Translations under genes and position numbers: made by a program | Assembly: GCA_964520865.1 (NCBI GenBank) | Contig: CAZFOY010000007.1 | Coordinates: 17,494-81,493 of the forward strand | From: an uncultured Ignavibacteriales bacterium | GTDB lineage: Bacteria; Zixibacteria; MSB-5A5; GN15; FEB-12 | Length of the DNA: 64,000 bases | Reading direction: 5' to 3' | In this document: positions 45,398 to 53,955 of the stretch, piece after piece | Numbering within the stretch: the stretch's first letter is position 1 | Layout of the letters: every line of letters starts with the position of its first letter | Notes under the pieces: generated by a model | Seen by the model: the letters and a program-made list of their open reading frames with translations, nothing else | What the model was told of the DNA's origin: nothing | Databases searched by the model: none

Positions 45398-46353
45398 GCG
45401 CTATGAAACTCGACGCTGAATCATATCTCAAGACCGGATCCAACGAACTTCGTGTTCTCGAGTACCGCACCTGCGGGATGTCGTTTGGAATCAACATTCT
45501 CAAAGTCAACAAGATCGTTTCCGAACTGAAGGACTTCCTTCGGGTTCCCGAAACCCACCCGGCGGTCAAAGGAGTGTTCAAAGATATGGATCGGCTGGTA
45601 CCGCTCATCGATCTGGCTGAGTATCTTGGCGTGACCGGTCAGACGGCGCAGCGGCGGAAAGTTGTCGTGACGGAGTTTTTCGGCGTCCTCACCGGTTTCT
45701 GGGTCGATAGTATCGACTGGATCCATCACTTCAAATGGGAAGACGTCATCGATGCTCAGAACGTATTTGCCCAGATTGATCAGCGCTACGTTATCGGAAT
45801 CGTCAAGCCGACCGAGGACCGGATGGTGCAGATGCTTGACTACGAGACTATCCTTCTCGATCTCTGCCCACATCTGGGCAAGCAGGCCACGGCGAACTAC
45901 ACCGGCAACGCCGATTTTACCAAGAAGCGCATTCTCCTGTCCGAAGATTCACCGGCTGTTCGGGCGATGCTGGTCAGCGAGCTGAACGAACGCGGATGCG
46001 AGGTAGTCGAGTCGAGCGATGGACTCCAGGGATGGGAACGCTTTCAGTCATCGAAATTCGATCTGGTGATCTGCGATGTCGAGATGCCGCAGATGGACGG
46101 TCTTGCCCTGACGCTTAGAATCAGGCAATCGGACCGGCCGGAGACGCCGGTAATCGTTTATTCTTCGATCGGCGATATCGGTATGAAGTCACGGGCGGCC
46201 TTCCTGAAAGCTGACGCTCATATTACCAAGTTGAATCTTGATCTGTTGATCGAGACGGCCGACAAACTCATGCGCGGTGAGAAAATTAACCCGATTGAGC
46301 CCGATTCCCTCCTTCCGCAGGACGAAATGCTTGAGGCGGTGCCGATAGACTGA
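45394..46353 (+). CDS. cheV: CheV-like protein (CheW domain + receiver domain)
   Basis: The N-terminal ~160 aa are CheW-like (LRVLEYRTCGMSFGINILKVNKIV...). The C-terminal REC domain has RILLSEDSP and DLVICDVEMPQMDG. ATGA overlap with the upstream kinase. Confidence 0.85.
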   Translation: MSAMKLDAESYLKTGSNELRVLEYRTCGMSFGINILKVNKIVSELKDFLRVPETHPAVKGVFKDMDRLVPLIDLAEYLGVTGQTAQRRKVVVTEFFGVLTGFWVDSIDWIHHFKWEDVIDAQNVFAQIDQRYVIGIVKPTEDRMVQMLDYETILLDLCPHLGKQATANYTGNADFTKKRILLSEDSPAVRAMLVSELNERGCEVVESSDGLQGWERFQSSKFDLVICDVEMPQMDGLALTLRIRQSDRPETPVIVYSSIGDIGMKSRAAFLKADAHITKLNLDLLIETADKLMRGEKINPIEPDSLLPQDEMLEAVPID

Positions 46354-46390
46354 CTTATCAACGCAAACCTGCGTATTTAGAGCTTATCAT

Positions 46391-46430
46391 GGGCAAGGAC
46401 GTCTCTGACGACCTTGCCCGTTCTGTTTCT
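46391..46430 (+). terminator. Terminator candidate after cheV
   Basis: GGGCAAGG (46391-46398) pairs with CCTTGCCC (46412-46419), then the T-rich GTTCTGTTTCT. Confidence 0.5.
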
Positions 46431-46523
46431 CCCACAAAAATGTCCTACCGGTCCGGCCCGATTTTCGGTATATTGCGGCTAACTCGTTGAGCCCGTAACC
46501 AGCGCCGAGAGGCGGAGAGAGCT

Positions 46524-47744
46524 GTGAAGAAGCTGGCCGAATCGCAGGAGCTAATCCTTCAGAATCTTCGTGAACGCGTCAAAGAACTGACCGCGCTTCA
46601 CCGCACCGCCCGAATTCTCCAGGATCATGATCGCCCGGTAGCCGATACCGTCAGGCTGGTGGTTGACCTGCTTCCGAACGCCTGGCAGTATCCCGAAGTT
46701 ACAGTAGCTCGAATCAGGTTCGGGCAACTTGAGGTAACTTCCGAAGAATTCGAGAAAACCGTTTGGAGACAGGCATCTCCGTTTACCACCCGGTCGGGTG
46801 AAAGCGGGAGTATCGAGATCTTTTACCTTGAACCTCGGCCTGATTCGTTCGAGGGTCCCTTTCTTGCAGAAGAGCGCGACCTGATCGACTCGCTGGCCGA
46901 GATGCTTCGGGCGTATTTTCAGCGAAAGAACGATGACGAATCTTTGCAGCAGGCGCACGACCATCTGGAGCAGGAAGTAATCGCCCGCACCGCCGAGTTG
47001 GAGGCGATGAACGAAGCATTGCAGGATCAGGTAGCCGATTACAGGATCGCCCAGCAGAGAATAGACTCGTACCAGAAGCAGCTTCGCAGACTTGCTTCCG
47101 AGCTGTCGTTGACCGAGGCGCGGGAGCGGCGGGCAATCGCCGCTGATCTGCACGATCATATCGGGCAGGCGCTGGCCTTCATGAAGATGAAAATTACGCG
47201 GTTTCGAAGCGATACGATCTTCTGCGGGTTCGAGCGAAGTATCGACGAGATTCTTGATCTGCTGAATCAGACGATTCAGTATACCCGTACCCTTACATTC
47301 GAAATCAGTCCGCCGGTGCTGTACGAACTCGGCCTGCCGGCGGCGATGGAGTGGCTTGGCGAACAGTTCCAGAAGAAGTTTGATATCGAGACGGAAGTCT
47401 CGGTTAACGCGGATAAGGTCGTGCTCAAGGAGGAAATTCAGGTCGCCCTGTTCAAATCGCTTCAAGAGCTGCTGAATAATGCCGCGAAACACTCGCACGC
47501 AACCAGGGTGCTTGTCGAGATGAAGGTCGACGACGATTCTACGGCCGTTCTCGTAAGTGACAACGGTGATGGATTCAATCTCTCGCGTCTTGAGTCAGGG
47601 AATGGGAATAAGGGAGGATTCGGCCTGTTCAGCATTCGGGAGCGGCTGAATTACCTGGGCGGACAGCTCGAAGTGAAGTCGGCCGAAGGCAGCGGAGCGA
47701 AGTTCACTATGATTGTTCCTCATACTGCGGAGGGTACCAAATGA
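46524..47744 (+). CDS. Cytoplasmic sensor histidine kinase, NarX/LiaS type (HisKA_3)
   Basis: H-box AADLHDHIGQALA, a coiled-coil linker, and an HATPase domain (LLNNAAKHSHA, VSDNGDGF, GGFGLFSIRERL). The N-terminal ~130 aa are of unknown type. No TM helices. Confidence 0.85.
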   Translation: MKKLAESQELILQNLRERVKELTALHRTARILQDHDRPVADTVRLVVDLLPNAWQYPEVTVARIRFGQLEVTSEEFEKTVWRQASPFTTRSGESGSIEIFYLEPRPDSFEGPFLAEERDLIDSLAEMLRAYFQRKNDDESLQQAHDHLEQEVIARTAELEAMNEALQDQVADYRIAQQRIDSYQKQLRRLASELSLTEARERRAIAADLHDHIGQALAFMKMKITRFRSDTIFCGFERSIDEILDLLNQTIQYTRTLTFEISPPVLYELGLPAAMEWLGEQFQKKFDIETEVSVNADKVVLKEEIQVALFKSLQELLNNAAKHSHATRVLVEMKVDDDSTAVLVSDNGDGFNLSRLESGNGNKGGFGLFSIRERLNYLGGQLEVKSAEGSGAKFTMIVPHTAEGTK

Positions 47745-48391
47745 AAATCAAGGTATTGTTAGCCGATGACCACAAGCTGTTTCGCGACGGACTCAGCACC
47801 TTGCTGAATAAGCAGCCGGATATGAAGGTGGTCGGGGAAGCCAAAGACGGTACGAGTAGCGTCCAGCTCGCCCGGGAGCTTGATCCTGATTTTATTCTCA
47901 TGGACATTTCGATGTCGGATCTTAACGGCATCGAGGCTACGCGTCGGATTCTCTCCGAACGTCCGAGAACAAAAGTTCTGATGTTGTCGATGCATTCGGA
48001 CCGGAGATTCGTTATAGAGGCGCTCAAGGCCGGTGCCTGCGGATATTTGCTGAAGGATTCGGCTTTCGAGGAACTGCTGCTGGCGATCAAAACGGCCCGC
48101 GAGAACCAGTTCTATCTCAGTCGGGAGATTACAAGTATCGTTGTCGAAGATTACATCAATCTGGTCAAAAGTGCGGAGTCCTCGGCTTTCGCCATCCTCA
48201 CCAATCGGGAACGCGAGGTGCTCCAGTTGATTGCCGAGGGAAAGGCGACCAAGGAAATCGCCAATCAGCTTAACGTGAGTGTCAAGACGATCGAGACCCA
48301 TCGCAAGCAGCTCATGGACAAGCTGAACATTCACAGTATCGCCGAACTGACCAAGTACGCCATCCGCGAGGGAATTACACCGCTGGAATAG
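47741..48391 (+). CDS. NarL/LuxR-family response regulator
   Basis: REC domain (KVLLADDH..., ILMDISMSDLNG) plus a LuxR HTH (LTNREREVLQLIAEGKATKEIANQLNVSVKTIETHR). ATGA overlap with the kinase. Confidence 0.9.
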   Translation: MKIKVLLADDHKLFRDGLSTLLNKQPDMKVVGEAKDGTSSVQLARELDPDFILMDISMSDLNGIEATRRILSERPRTKVLMLSMHSDRRFVIEALKAGACGYLLKDSAFEELLLAIKTARENQFYLSREITSIVVEDYINLVKSAESSAFAILTNREREVLQLIAEGKATKEIANQLNVSVKTIETHRKQLMDKLNIHSIAELTKYAIREGITPLE

Positions 48392-48565
48392 ACGGTCTGT
48401 TTGGTCAAGCGACGCCGCTTCGTCTATCTTTTTTCGTGACAATTTCAGGGGAAAGATTTAGTTTCTCGGTTGTTAAGGAATTTGCCGATGACCTCCGGGG
48501 TTACCCTGTATGCGGTGCGCCGGATGCTCAGCCCCGAATTCGGCTCTTGATACTATGAAAGTGCC

Positions 48566-49567
48566 ATGTTCAAAATGACCCTGTCCCCCCGAGGGGCGTT
48601 CATACTCTTCATGACCATAACGGTCGTTCTCCTGGCCCAGGCAGTCTGGTGGATTGCCTTCATGGCTCACCTGGTGAACGAGAAGGTTGACATGGCTGCC
48701 GAACTCGGAGCCAGTAAGGAATATGTCGCCGAGGTTCATAGACAGGAAATTTCACGACAGATCATGCTGGGCAGCGAAGGGGTTTTCTTTCTCGTCCTCG
48801 TCGGCGTCGGTGCTTTGCTTATCTACCGCACTCTCGTGAAAACGGAGCAGCTTAAATTCCACCAACAGAATTTCCTTATGGCGGTCACGCACGAACTCAA
48901 GACTCCGCTGGCGTCGATGAAGATCTATATCGACACGCTTCAATCGACCAAAATCTCGGAGGAGAAGAAGATCGCAATTCTGCCCCGACTCAAGGAGGAC
49001 GCCAACCGGCTGGAACGTCTGGTCGAAAACGTGCTCGAGGCCGGGCGATTCGAACGAAGTGGCTATCAGTTGAACCGGGAGAGCTTCGATTTCAGCCGGC
49101 TGTTCGATAGAATCCTGACCAAACTCCAGAACTACCCTTCGAAAACTCCGATAGAGATCACTCGGAAAAGATTCGAATCCGACCTTCATATATTCGGTGA
49201 TGAAGCTGCGTTGAGTCGGGCGCTTGAAGCGATTTTGGAAAATTCGGTGAAGTATAACGATAAGGAGCGGATTCTTATCAGTGTCGAGTTGTTCCGATCG
49301 GGCAAGTTGATCTATCTCAACGTGTCGGACAACGGAGTGGGACTCGGTCGTGAAGACACCACGCTGATTTTTAATCGTTTCTATCGGGTGGGGCAGGAAT
49401 TGAATCGGAGCAAGCCGGGGACGGGGCTCGGTCTTTATCTCTGCCGGGAGATTGTCAAAGCACACGGGGGAAGCATCTCGGCGAGATCCGAAGGAGCGGG
49501 GCGGGGAGTGACTTTTAACATTACGCTGGAGGCGAACGCGGATAATGAAAACGATTCTGTTAGTTGA
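48566..49567 (+). CDS. Membrane sensor histidine kinase (HisKA type, two TM helices, short loop)
   Basis: H-box VTHELKTPLASM and an HATPase domain (NSVKYN, VSDNGVGLG, GTGLGLYLCREIV). Confidence 0.85.
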   Translation: MFKMTLSPRGAFILFMTITVVLLAQAVWWIAFMAHLVNEKVDMAAELGASKEYVAEVHRQEISRQIMLGSEGVFFLVLVGVGALLIYRTLVKTEQLKFHQQNFLMAVTHELKTPLASMKIYIDTLQSTKISEEKKIAILPRLKEDANRLERLVENVLEAGRFERSGYQLNRESFDFSRLFDRILTKLQNYPSKTPIEITRKRFESDLHIFGDEAALSRALEAILENSVKYNDKERILISVELFRSGKLIYLNVSDNGVGLGREDTTLIFNRFYRVGQELNRSKPGTGLGLYLCREIVKAHGGSISARSEGAGRGVTFNITLEANADNENDSVS

Positions 49568-50249
49568 AGATGATGCCCATGTCGCCGACGGTCTGATTCT
49601 TAATCTCGATGCCGAGGGGTTTCAGGTTGTCCATATCGACAACGGCAATCTGGTGCTCGACGCTTTTGATAAGGGAAATTTCGACCTCATCCTGATGGAT
49701 ATCATGCTGCCGGGTACCGATGGACTCAGCCTGACCAAGAAGATTCGGGCGAAGGGCTCTACTATCCCGATCTTGTTTATCACGGCTCGCGATGAGACCG
49801 AACAGAAGGTGGAAGGGCTGCTGGCCGGCGGAGACGACTACATTACCAAGCCGTTCGATGTCGGTGAGCTGATGGCCCGTATTCAGGGGATCTTCCGCCG
49901 GCAGGCCTGGCTTGCTTCGGGCGAAGAGCTCGACGATAAATTCGAGTTCGACGGTCGCTATGTGAATTTCAAGACGTTTGAAGCCAACGGCCCCGGCGGC
50001 CAATTCGAACTGACCCGCAAAGAGTGCATGGTCATCAAGTATCTGGTGGAACGAATCGGCGAAGTGGTGAGCCGGGATCAGCTTCTGGATGCCGTGTGGG
50101 GATACCATATCTATCCGACCAACCGCACGATCGATAATTTTATTCTCAAACTGCGGAAGATCTTCGAAGATGACCCCAAAAACCCGCAATATATCGAGAC
50201 CATTCGCGGTGTGGGCTATCGATTCACGACGCCGCACGACCGCCAATAA
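49545..50249 (+). CDS. OmpR/PhoB-family response regulator
   Basis: REC domain (KTILLVEDD, LILMDIMLPGTDG) plus a winged helix (ETIRGVGYRF). Overlaps the kinase 3' end by 23 nt. Confidence 0.9.
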   Translation: MKTILLVEDDAHVADGLILNLDAEGFQVVHIDNGNLVLDAFDKGNFDLILMDIMLPGTDGLSLTKKIRAKGSTIPILFITARDETEQKVEGLLAGGDDYITKPFDVGELMARIQGIFRRQAWLASGEELDDKFEFDGRYVNFKTFEANGPGGQFELTRKECMVIKYLVERIGEVVSRDQLLDAVWGYHIYPTNRTIDNFILKLRKIFEDDPKNPQYIETIRGVGYRFTTPHDRQ

Positions 50250-50326
50250 GCCGGCTAACTGGCCGGGATGGTGTTTAAGTCGTTGAATAACAATTTGTTA
50301 CCTGTCGGCTGCAGGAATAATAACCC

Positions 50327-50354
50327 TTGACTTCCCGGCCCGTTTTGTTATAAT
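50327..50354 (+). promoter_or_regulatory. Near-consensus sigma-70 promoter upstream of pth
   Basis: TTGACT (50327-50332), 16-nt spacer, TATAAT (50349-50354), 30 nt upstream of the pth ATG. Confidence 0.55.
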
Positions 50355-50384
50355 AGCGGGTGCCCAGAAGCCGATTACGGACTA

Positions 50385-50957
50385 ATGATATCCCTGATAC
50401 TCGGGCTCGGTAATATAGGAGAGCGCTATCGCTCGACCCGTCACAATGTCGGGTTCGGAGTGATTGAGTCAATCCTGAAGCAACGACGCCTGCGTCTGCA
50501 ACCGACTACGGATCTGTACGATTGGGCAGCCGACGATCTTGGAGAGCGGCGAATCGTCTACGCGATGCCGAAGACGTTCATGAATCTTTCCGGGATCGCG
50601 GCAGAAGCTCTTTTACATGAGACGGGCCTTGAGCCCTCCGAGATGCTGATCGTGGTGGACGACTTCAATCTGCCGCTGGGCAGTCTGAGGATTCGCAAGG
50701 GTGGATCCGATGGCGGTCACAATGGGCTTGAGTCGATCATTGATCAACTGCAGACCGAGGAATTTCCGAGACTCCGTCTGGGAATCGGCCCGGTGCCTGA
50801 AGGCGCCGATGTGATCGAGTTCGTGTTAGGTAAGTTTAACAAGGAGGAGTCCGAGCGGACTGAAGAAATGATAAAGAAAGCCTCCGACGCGGCGATGTTC
50901 TGTTTGGATCATTCGCTCGAAGAGGCGATGTCAATATACAATGGAAACCCTGCTTAG
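50385..50957 (+). CDS. pth: Peptidyl-tRNA hydrolase
   Basis: LGLGNIGERYRSTRHNVGF N-terminal signature and GGHNGL motif. Confidence 0.95.
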   Translation: MISLILGLGNIGERYRSTRHNVGFGVIESILKQRRLRLQPTTDLYDWAADDLGERRIVYAMPKTFMNLSGIAAEALLHETGLEPSEMLIVVDDFNLPLGSLRIRKGGSDGGHNGLESIIDQLQTEEFPRLRLGIGPVPEGADVIEFVLGKFNKEESERTEEMIKKASDAAMFCLDHSLEEAMSIYNGNPA

Positions 50958-51021
50958 ACGACGCCAGATATCTCGTTTAAGCCGTTTGAACCTTTAACCA
51001 ACGTCCATAGGGAGATACTGA

Positions 51022-51660
51022 ATGCGGTTTTACGAAACCACCTTCATCGTTAATCCACAGACTGACGACGCTACCATTGACAACCACGTCAAAGACGTAG
51101 CAACTGTAATCACAGACAACAGCGGCAAGATCATTCATGAGGACCACATGGGTACCCGCCGCCTGGCGTATCCCATTAACGGCCTCACCCAGGGGTACTA
51201 CGCGAGCTTCATTTTCGAAGCTCCGACGTCGGTCCTTCCCCAGCTTGACCGTCATTTCATGCTCAACGAGCAGTACATCCGCAACTTGACCGTCCGATTC
51301 GACGGCGATCCGCAGAAGTACCTCGAAGAACTCTCGGCGGTGCTCATCCCTCGCGATACGAGAGGCGGCCGCGATGATTCATCGTCGGACCGTCGCTACG
51401 ATCGTTCGCACGGTCATCGCAGCAGATACGGGTCATCGGATGATTCCTCCAGAACGCCCGACAGGTCTGATTCTGCCAAGACCGAGACCGGCAAAGCTGA
51501 AACCGGCAAGGCTGAAGCCGATAAGGCCGAAGCTCCCAAGGCCGAGGCTGAGAAGGCGGAAGAGTCTTCGGATAATTCCGGGCCAACCGAAGCCAGGTCG
51601 AACGGGCCCGAAGCTCAGAGTTCTGAGCCGGAAGGCACCGATTCGAATGACAAGGAATAG
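51022..51660 (+). CDS. rpsF: 30S ribosomal protein S6 with a ~118-aa acidic/low-complexity C-terminal extension
   Basis: MRFYETTFIVNPQ...GTRRLAYPI core (about 95 aa), then an R/D/S-rich and K/A/E-repeat tail. GGGAGA RBS. Confidence 0.9.
   Translation: MRFYETTFIVNPQTDDATIDNHVKDVATVITDNSGKIIHEDHMGTRRLAYPINGLTQGYYASFIFEAPTSVLPQLDRHFMLNEQYIRNLTVRFDGDPQKYLEELSAVLIPRDTRGGRDDSSSDRRYDRSHGHRSRYGSSDDSSRTPDRSDSAKTETGKAETGKAEADKAEAPKAEAEKAEESSDNSGPTEARSNGPEAQSSEPEGTDSNDKE
51478..51564 (+). repeat. In-frame 15-nt tandem repeat (about 5.8 units, K-A-E-x-x) in the rpsF tail
   Basis: Units read KTETG/KAETG/KAEAD/KAEAP/KAEAE/KAEE, taken directly from the sequence. Confidence 0.8.
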
Positions 51661-51726
51661 ATCCGGCAGTTCTGTCCGGGATCTGAAGATGATGAATACG
51701 AATTCGAATGAAAGAAGGAATATGAA

Positions 51727-51954
51727 ATGGCGGTAGTCAAAGGCAAGAAAATCTGTCGCTTCTGCGAGAATAAAGTCAATCACGTCAATTACAAAGACGA
51801 AAGAATTCTCCGGAGATTCACCAACGAGCGCGGGAAGATCATTCCCCGGCGCATAACCGGAAACTGTGCCCGTCACCAGAGGATGCTGACCACGGCAATC
51901 AAGCGTGGGCGGATCCTGGCGATCGTGGCTTTCGAGAGTGAATCATATCGTTAA
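51727..51954 (+). CDS. rpsR: 30S ribosomal protein S18
   Basis: CRFCENKVNHVNYKD...LRRFTNERGKIIPRRITGNCARHQR signature. Confidence 0.95.
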   Translation: MAVVKGKKICRFCENKVNHVNYKDERILRRFTNERGKIIPRRITGNCARHQRMLTTAIKRGRILAIVAFESESYR

Positions 51955-51958
51955 TAAC

Positions 51959-52972
51959 ATGACTGATGTGACGGTATCGCATCCCCGGCGGGCGGGGGCC
52001 GGCAACGTTGAGCAGTACCTGATCGTAGGCGCGATGTTCCTGTTTTCGATCGTGTCTTTCGGTCGGTTCAGTTCCGAGCAGGGCTCGGTTCTGCTCGCCC
52101 TTGCCAGTATCGTTTCCTATTTTCTGGCGATATACCTGTATTATGGAGTCGCTCGCCTGGCGCTGACTCATCGCAACAATCTCCTCTGGATCAGCGGAGT
52201 ACTTGCGGTCGTCGCCGGATACCTGCTGGGCGGTTCATCGGAGCTCTGGCCCCTTTTGACCGGATGGGGAATGATCCTCTTCGGCGGAGCTTTGAGCGGA
52301 AGGCTTATCGCTTCGGGTAGAAAGTCGGGTAACGTGTACCTGATTGCGATGATCGTTGTGGCGCTGTTCGCAATCCTGCAGCTGGCGCCATTCTGGTCGT
52401 TTCTGATGGATCGGGTTCGTGAAGTTACAACCGGTTTGCTGCAGGAAGGGCAGAAAAGCATGATTGCTTCGGGCGAGGGCGCTAAGGCGGTGAAAGGCCT
52501 GGTCGAAGACACCCAGCGAATGATTAATGTGCTGATCCGGCTGGTGCCGTCGATGACGGTACTCGCGGCTGTGATGCAGTTCAGCCTGGGGTATCTCCTG
52601 TTTGCCTATAGGCTGGATCCGGCCGTTCACCCGGCGGGGACACTTGCTTCGTTCAGGCGGTGGAAGGTACCGTTCTGGGTGATGCCGGCGCTGATGGTGG
52701 TTATCCTGGGGCGAATGTTCGGACCGGATAACGTCAAACTGGCCGCGGACAACTGCATCGCATTCTTCTGCGTTTTCTACTGCGTTTGCGGTCTGTCACT
52801 GATAGAATATTATCTCTCGAAATATCATTTCTCAAGACTGATGAAAGTGCTGTTTTATATCATGCTTGTGTTTACACAGCTGATAGGATTCTTCGCCGCC
52901 GCGTTGCTCGGATTCGTGGACAGCTTCGCGGACTGGCGGAAAATTCATCGGTTGAGTATTGTCAAAGAATAA
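51959..52972 (+). CDS. Polytopic membrane protein, DUF2232 (YybS)-like
   Basis: 337 aa from ATG 51959, about 8 TM helices. The call rests mainly on its position between rpsR and rplI, where Bacillus subtilis has yybS. I recognise no strong sequence motif. Confidence 0.45.
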   Translation: MTDVTVSHPRRAGAGNVEQYLIVGAMFLFSIVSFGRFSSEQGSVLLALASIVSYFLAIYLYYGVARLALTHRNNLLWISGVLAVVAGYLLGGSSELWPLLTGWGMILFGGALSGRLIASGRKSGNVYLIAMIVVALFAILQLAPFWSFLMDRVREVTTGLLQEGQKSMIASGEGAKAVKGLVEDTQRMINVLIRLVPSMTVLAAVMQFSLGYLLFAYRLDPAVHPAGTLASFRRWKVPFWVMPALMVVILGRMFGPDNVKLAADNCIAFFCVFYCVCGLSLIEYYLSKYHFSRLMKVLFYIMLVFTQLIGFFAAALLGFVDSFADWRKIHRLSIVKE

Positions 52973-53003
52973 TTTAGATTGGTATAAGTAGAAAGGGAAG
53001 ACC

Positions 53004-53450
53004 ATGAAGGTAATCATGCGTGAAGACGTGCCGGAAGTCGGCAAGGCCGGACAGACTGTCGAGGTCAAAGACGGTTTCGGCCGGAACTACCTGTTCCCGC
53101 GCAATCTTGCCATCCCCGCGACCAAAGCGAATCTCAAGTCGATCGGCGAAGTTGCGAAGCAGAAAGAAATCCGCGACCGCAAACAGCGTCGTGAGGCCGA
53201 AGTGGTCAAAGACCGCATCGAGAAACTGTCGCTGTCGATGGAAGTGCTCGTGGGCGAAGACGATAAGCTGTTCGGTTCGGTGACTTCGGCCGATATCGCT
53301 GAGATGCTCGAGAAAGAGGGTGTCATGATCGATAAGCGTGCGATCGAGCTCGAGAACCCGATCAAGGTACTCGGCGTCTACACCGTGCCCGTTAAGGTCG
53401 CCAAAGACGTCGCCGCGAATCTCAAACTCTGGGTTATCAAGAAATCGTAA
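53004..53450 (+). CDS. rplI: 50S ribosomal protein L9
   Basis: MKVIMREDVPEVGKAGQTVEVKDGFGRNYLFPRNLA N-terminal signature. Confidence 0.95.
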   Translation: MKVIMREDVPEVGKAGQTVEVKDGFGRNYLFPRNLAIPATKANLKSIGEVAKQKEIRDRKQRREAEVVKDRIEKLSLSMEVLVGEDDKLFGSVTSADIAEMLEKEGVMIDKRAIELENPIKVLGVYTVPVKVAKDVAANLKLWVIKKS

Positions 53451-53454
53451 TTCG

Positions 53455-53955
53455 ATGAATATGCTCGAAGTACATATCGATGGCCTGGCGCTCGACATGA
53501 CCACCAATTCACCGGTGGTTATCCTCACGCCGACCGGCCTCAATAAGGTGTTGCCGATCTGGATCGGGCACGCCGAGGCGTGGGGTATCGCTATGGAACT
53601 CTCGGGAGTCAAGGCGAAGCGTCCGATGACGTACGATCTGCTCAGAGACGTGATTCAGGCGTTGCACGCGAGTGTCGAACGAGTAGAGATCACCGAACTT
53701 CGCGAGCAGACATTCTACGCCCGCATCCATTTGACTCTCGACGGTCAGAGCTTCGATATCGATGCCCGGCCGTCGGATTCGATAGCGCTGGCGTTGAAAT
53801 CCAAAGCTCGCATCTTCGTCAACGAAGAGCTGTTCAATCTCAAGGAAACGGCGTCGGATCCTGACACGCCGCCGGCGATGCCGACCGATCCGGAATCTTT
53901 AAGAGAACGGCTCAAGAGAATAAACCCTGAAGATTTTGGGAAATACTCGCTATAG
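53455..53955 (+). CDS. Bifunctional nuclease (BFN/DUF151) family protein
   Basis: 166 aa from ATG 53455. PVVILTP...VLPIWIGHAEAWGIAMEL...RPMTYDLL motif block is typical of PF02577-type proteins. Confidence 0.85.
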   Translation: MNMLEVHIDGLALDMTTNSPVVILTPTGLNKVLPIWIGHAEAWGIAMELSGVKAKRPMTYDLLRDVIQALHASVERVEITELREQTFYARIHLTLDGQSFDIDARPSDSIALALKSKARIFVNEELFNLKETASDPDTPPAMPTDPESLRERLKRINPEDFGKYSL

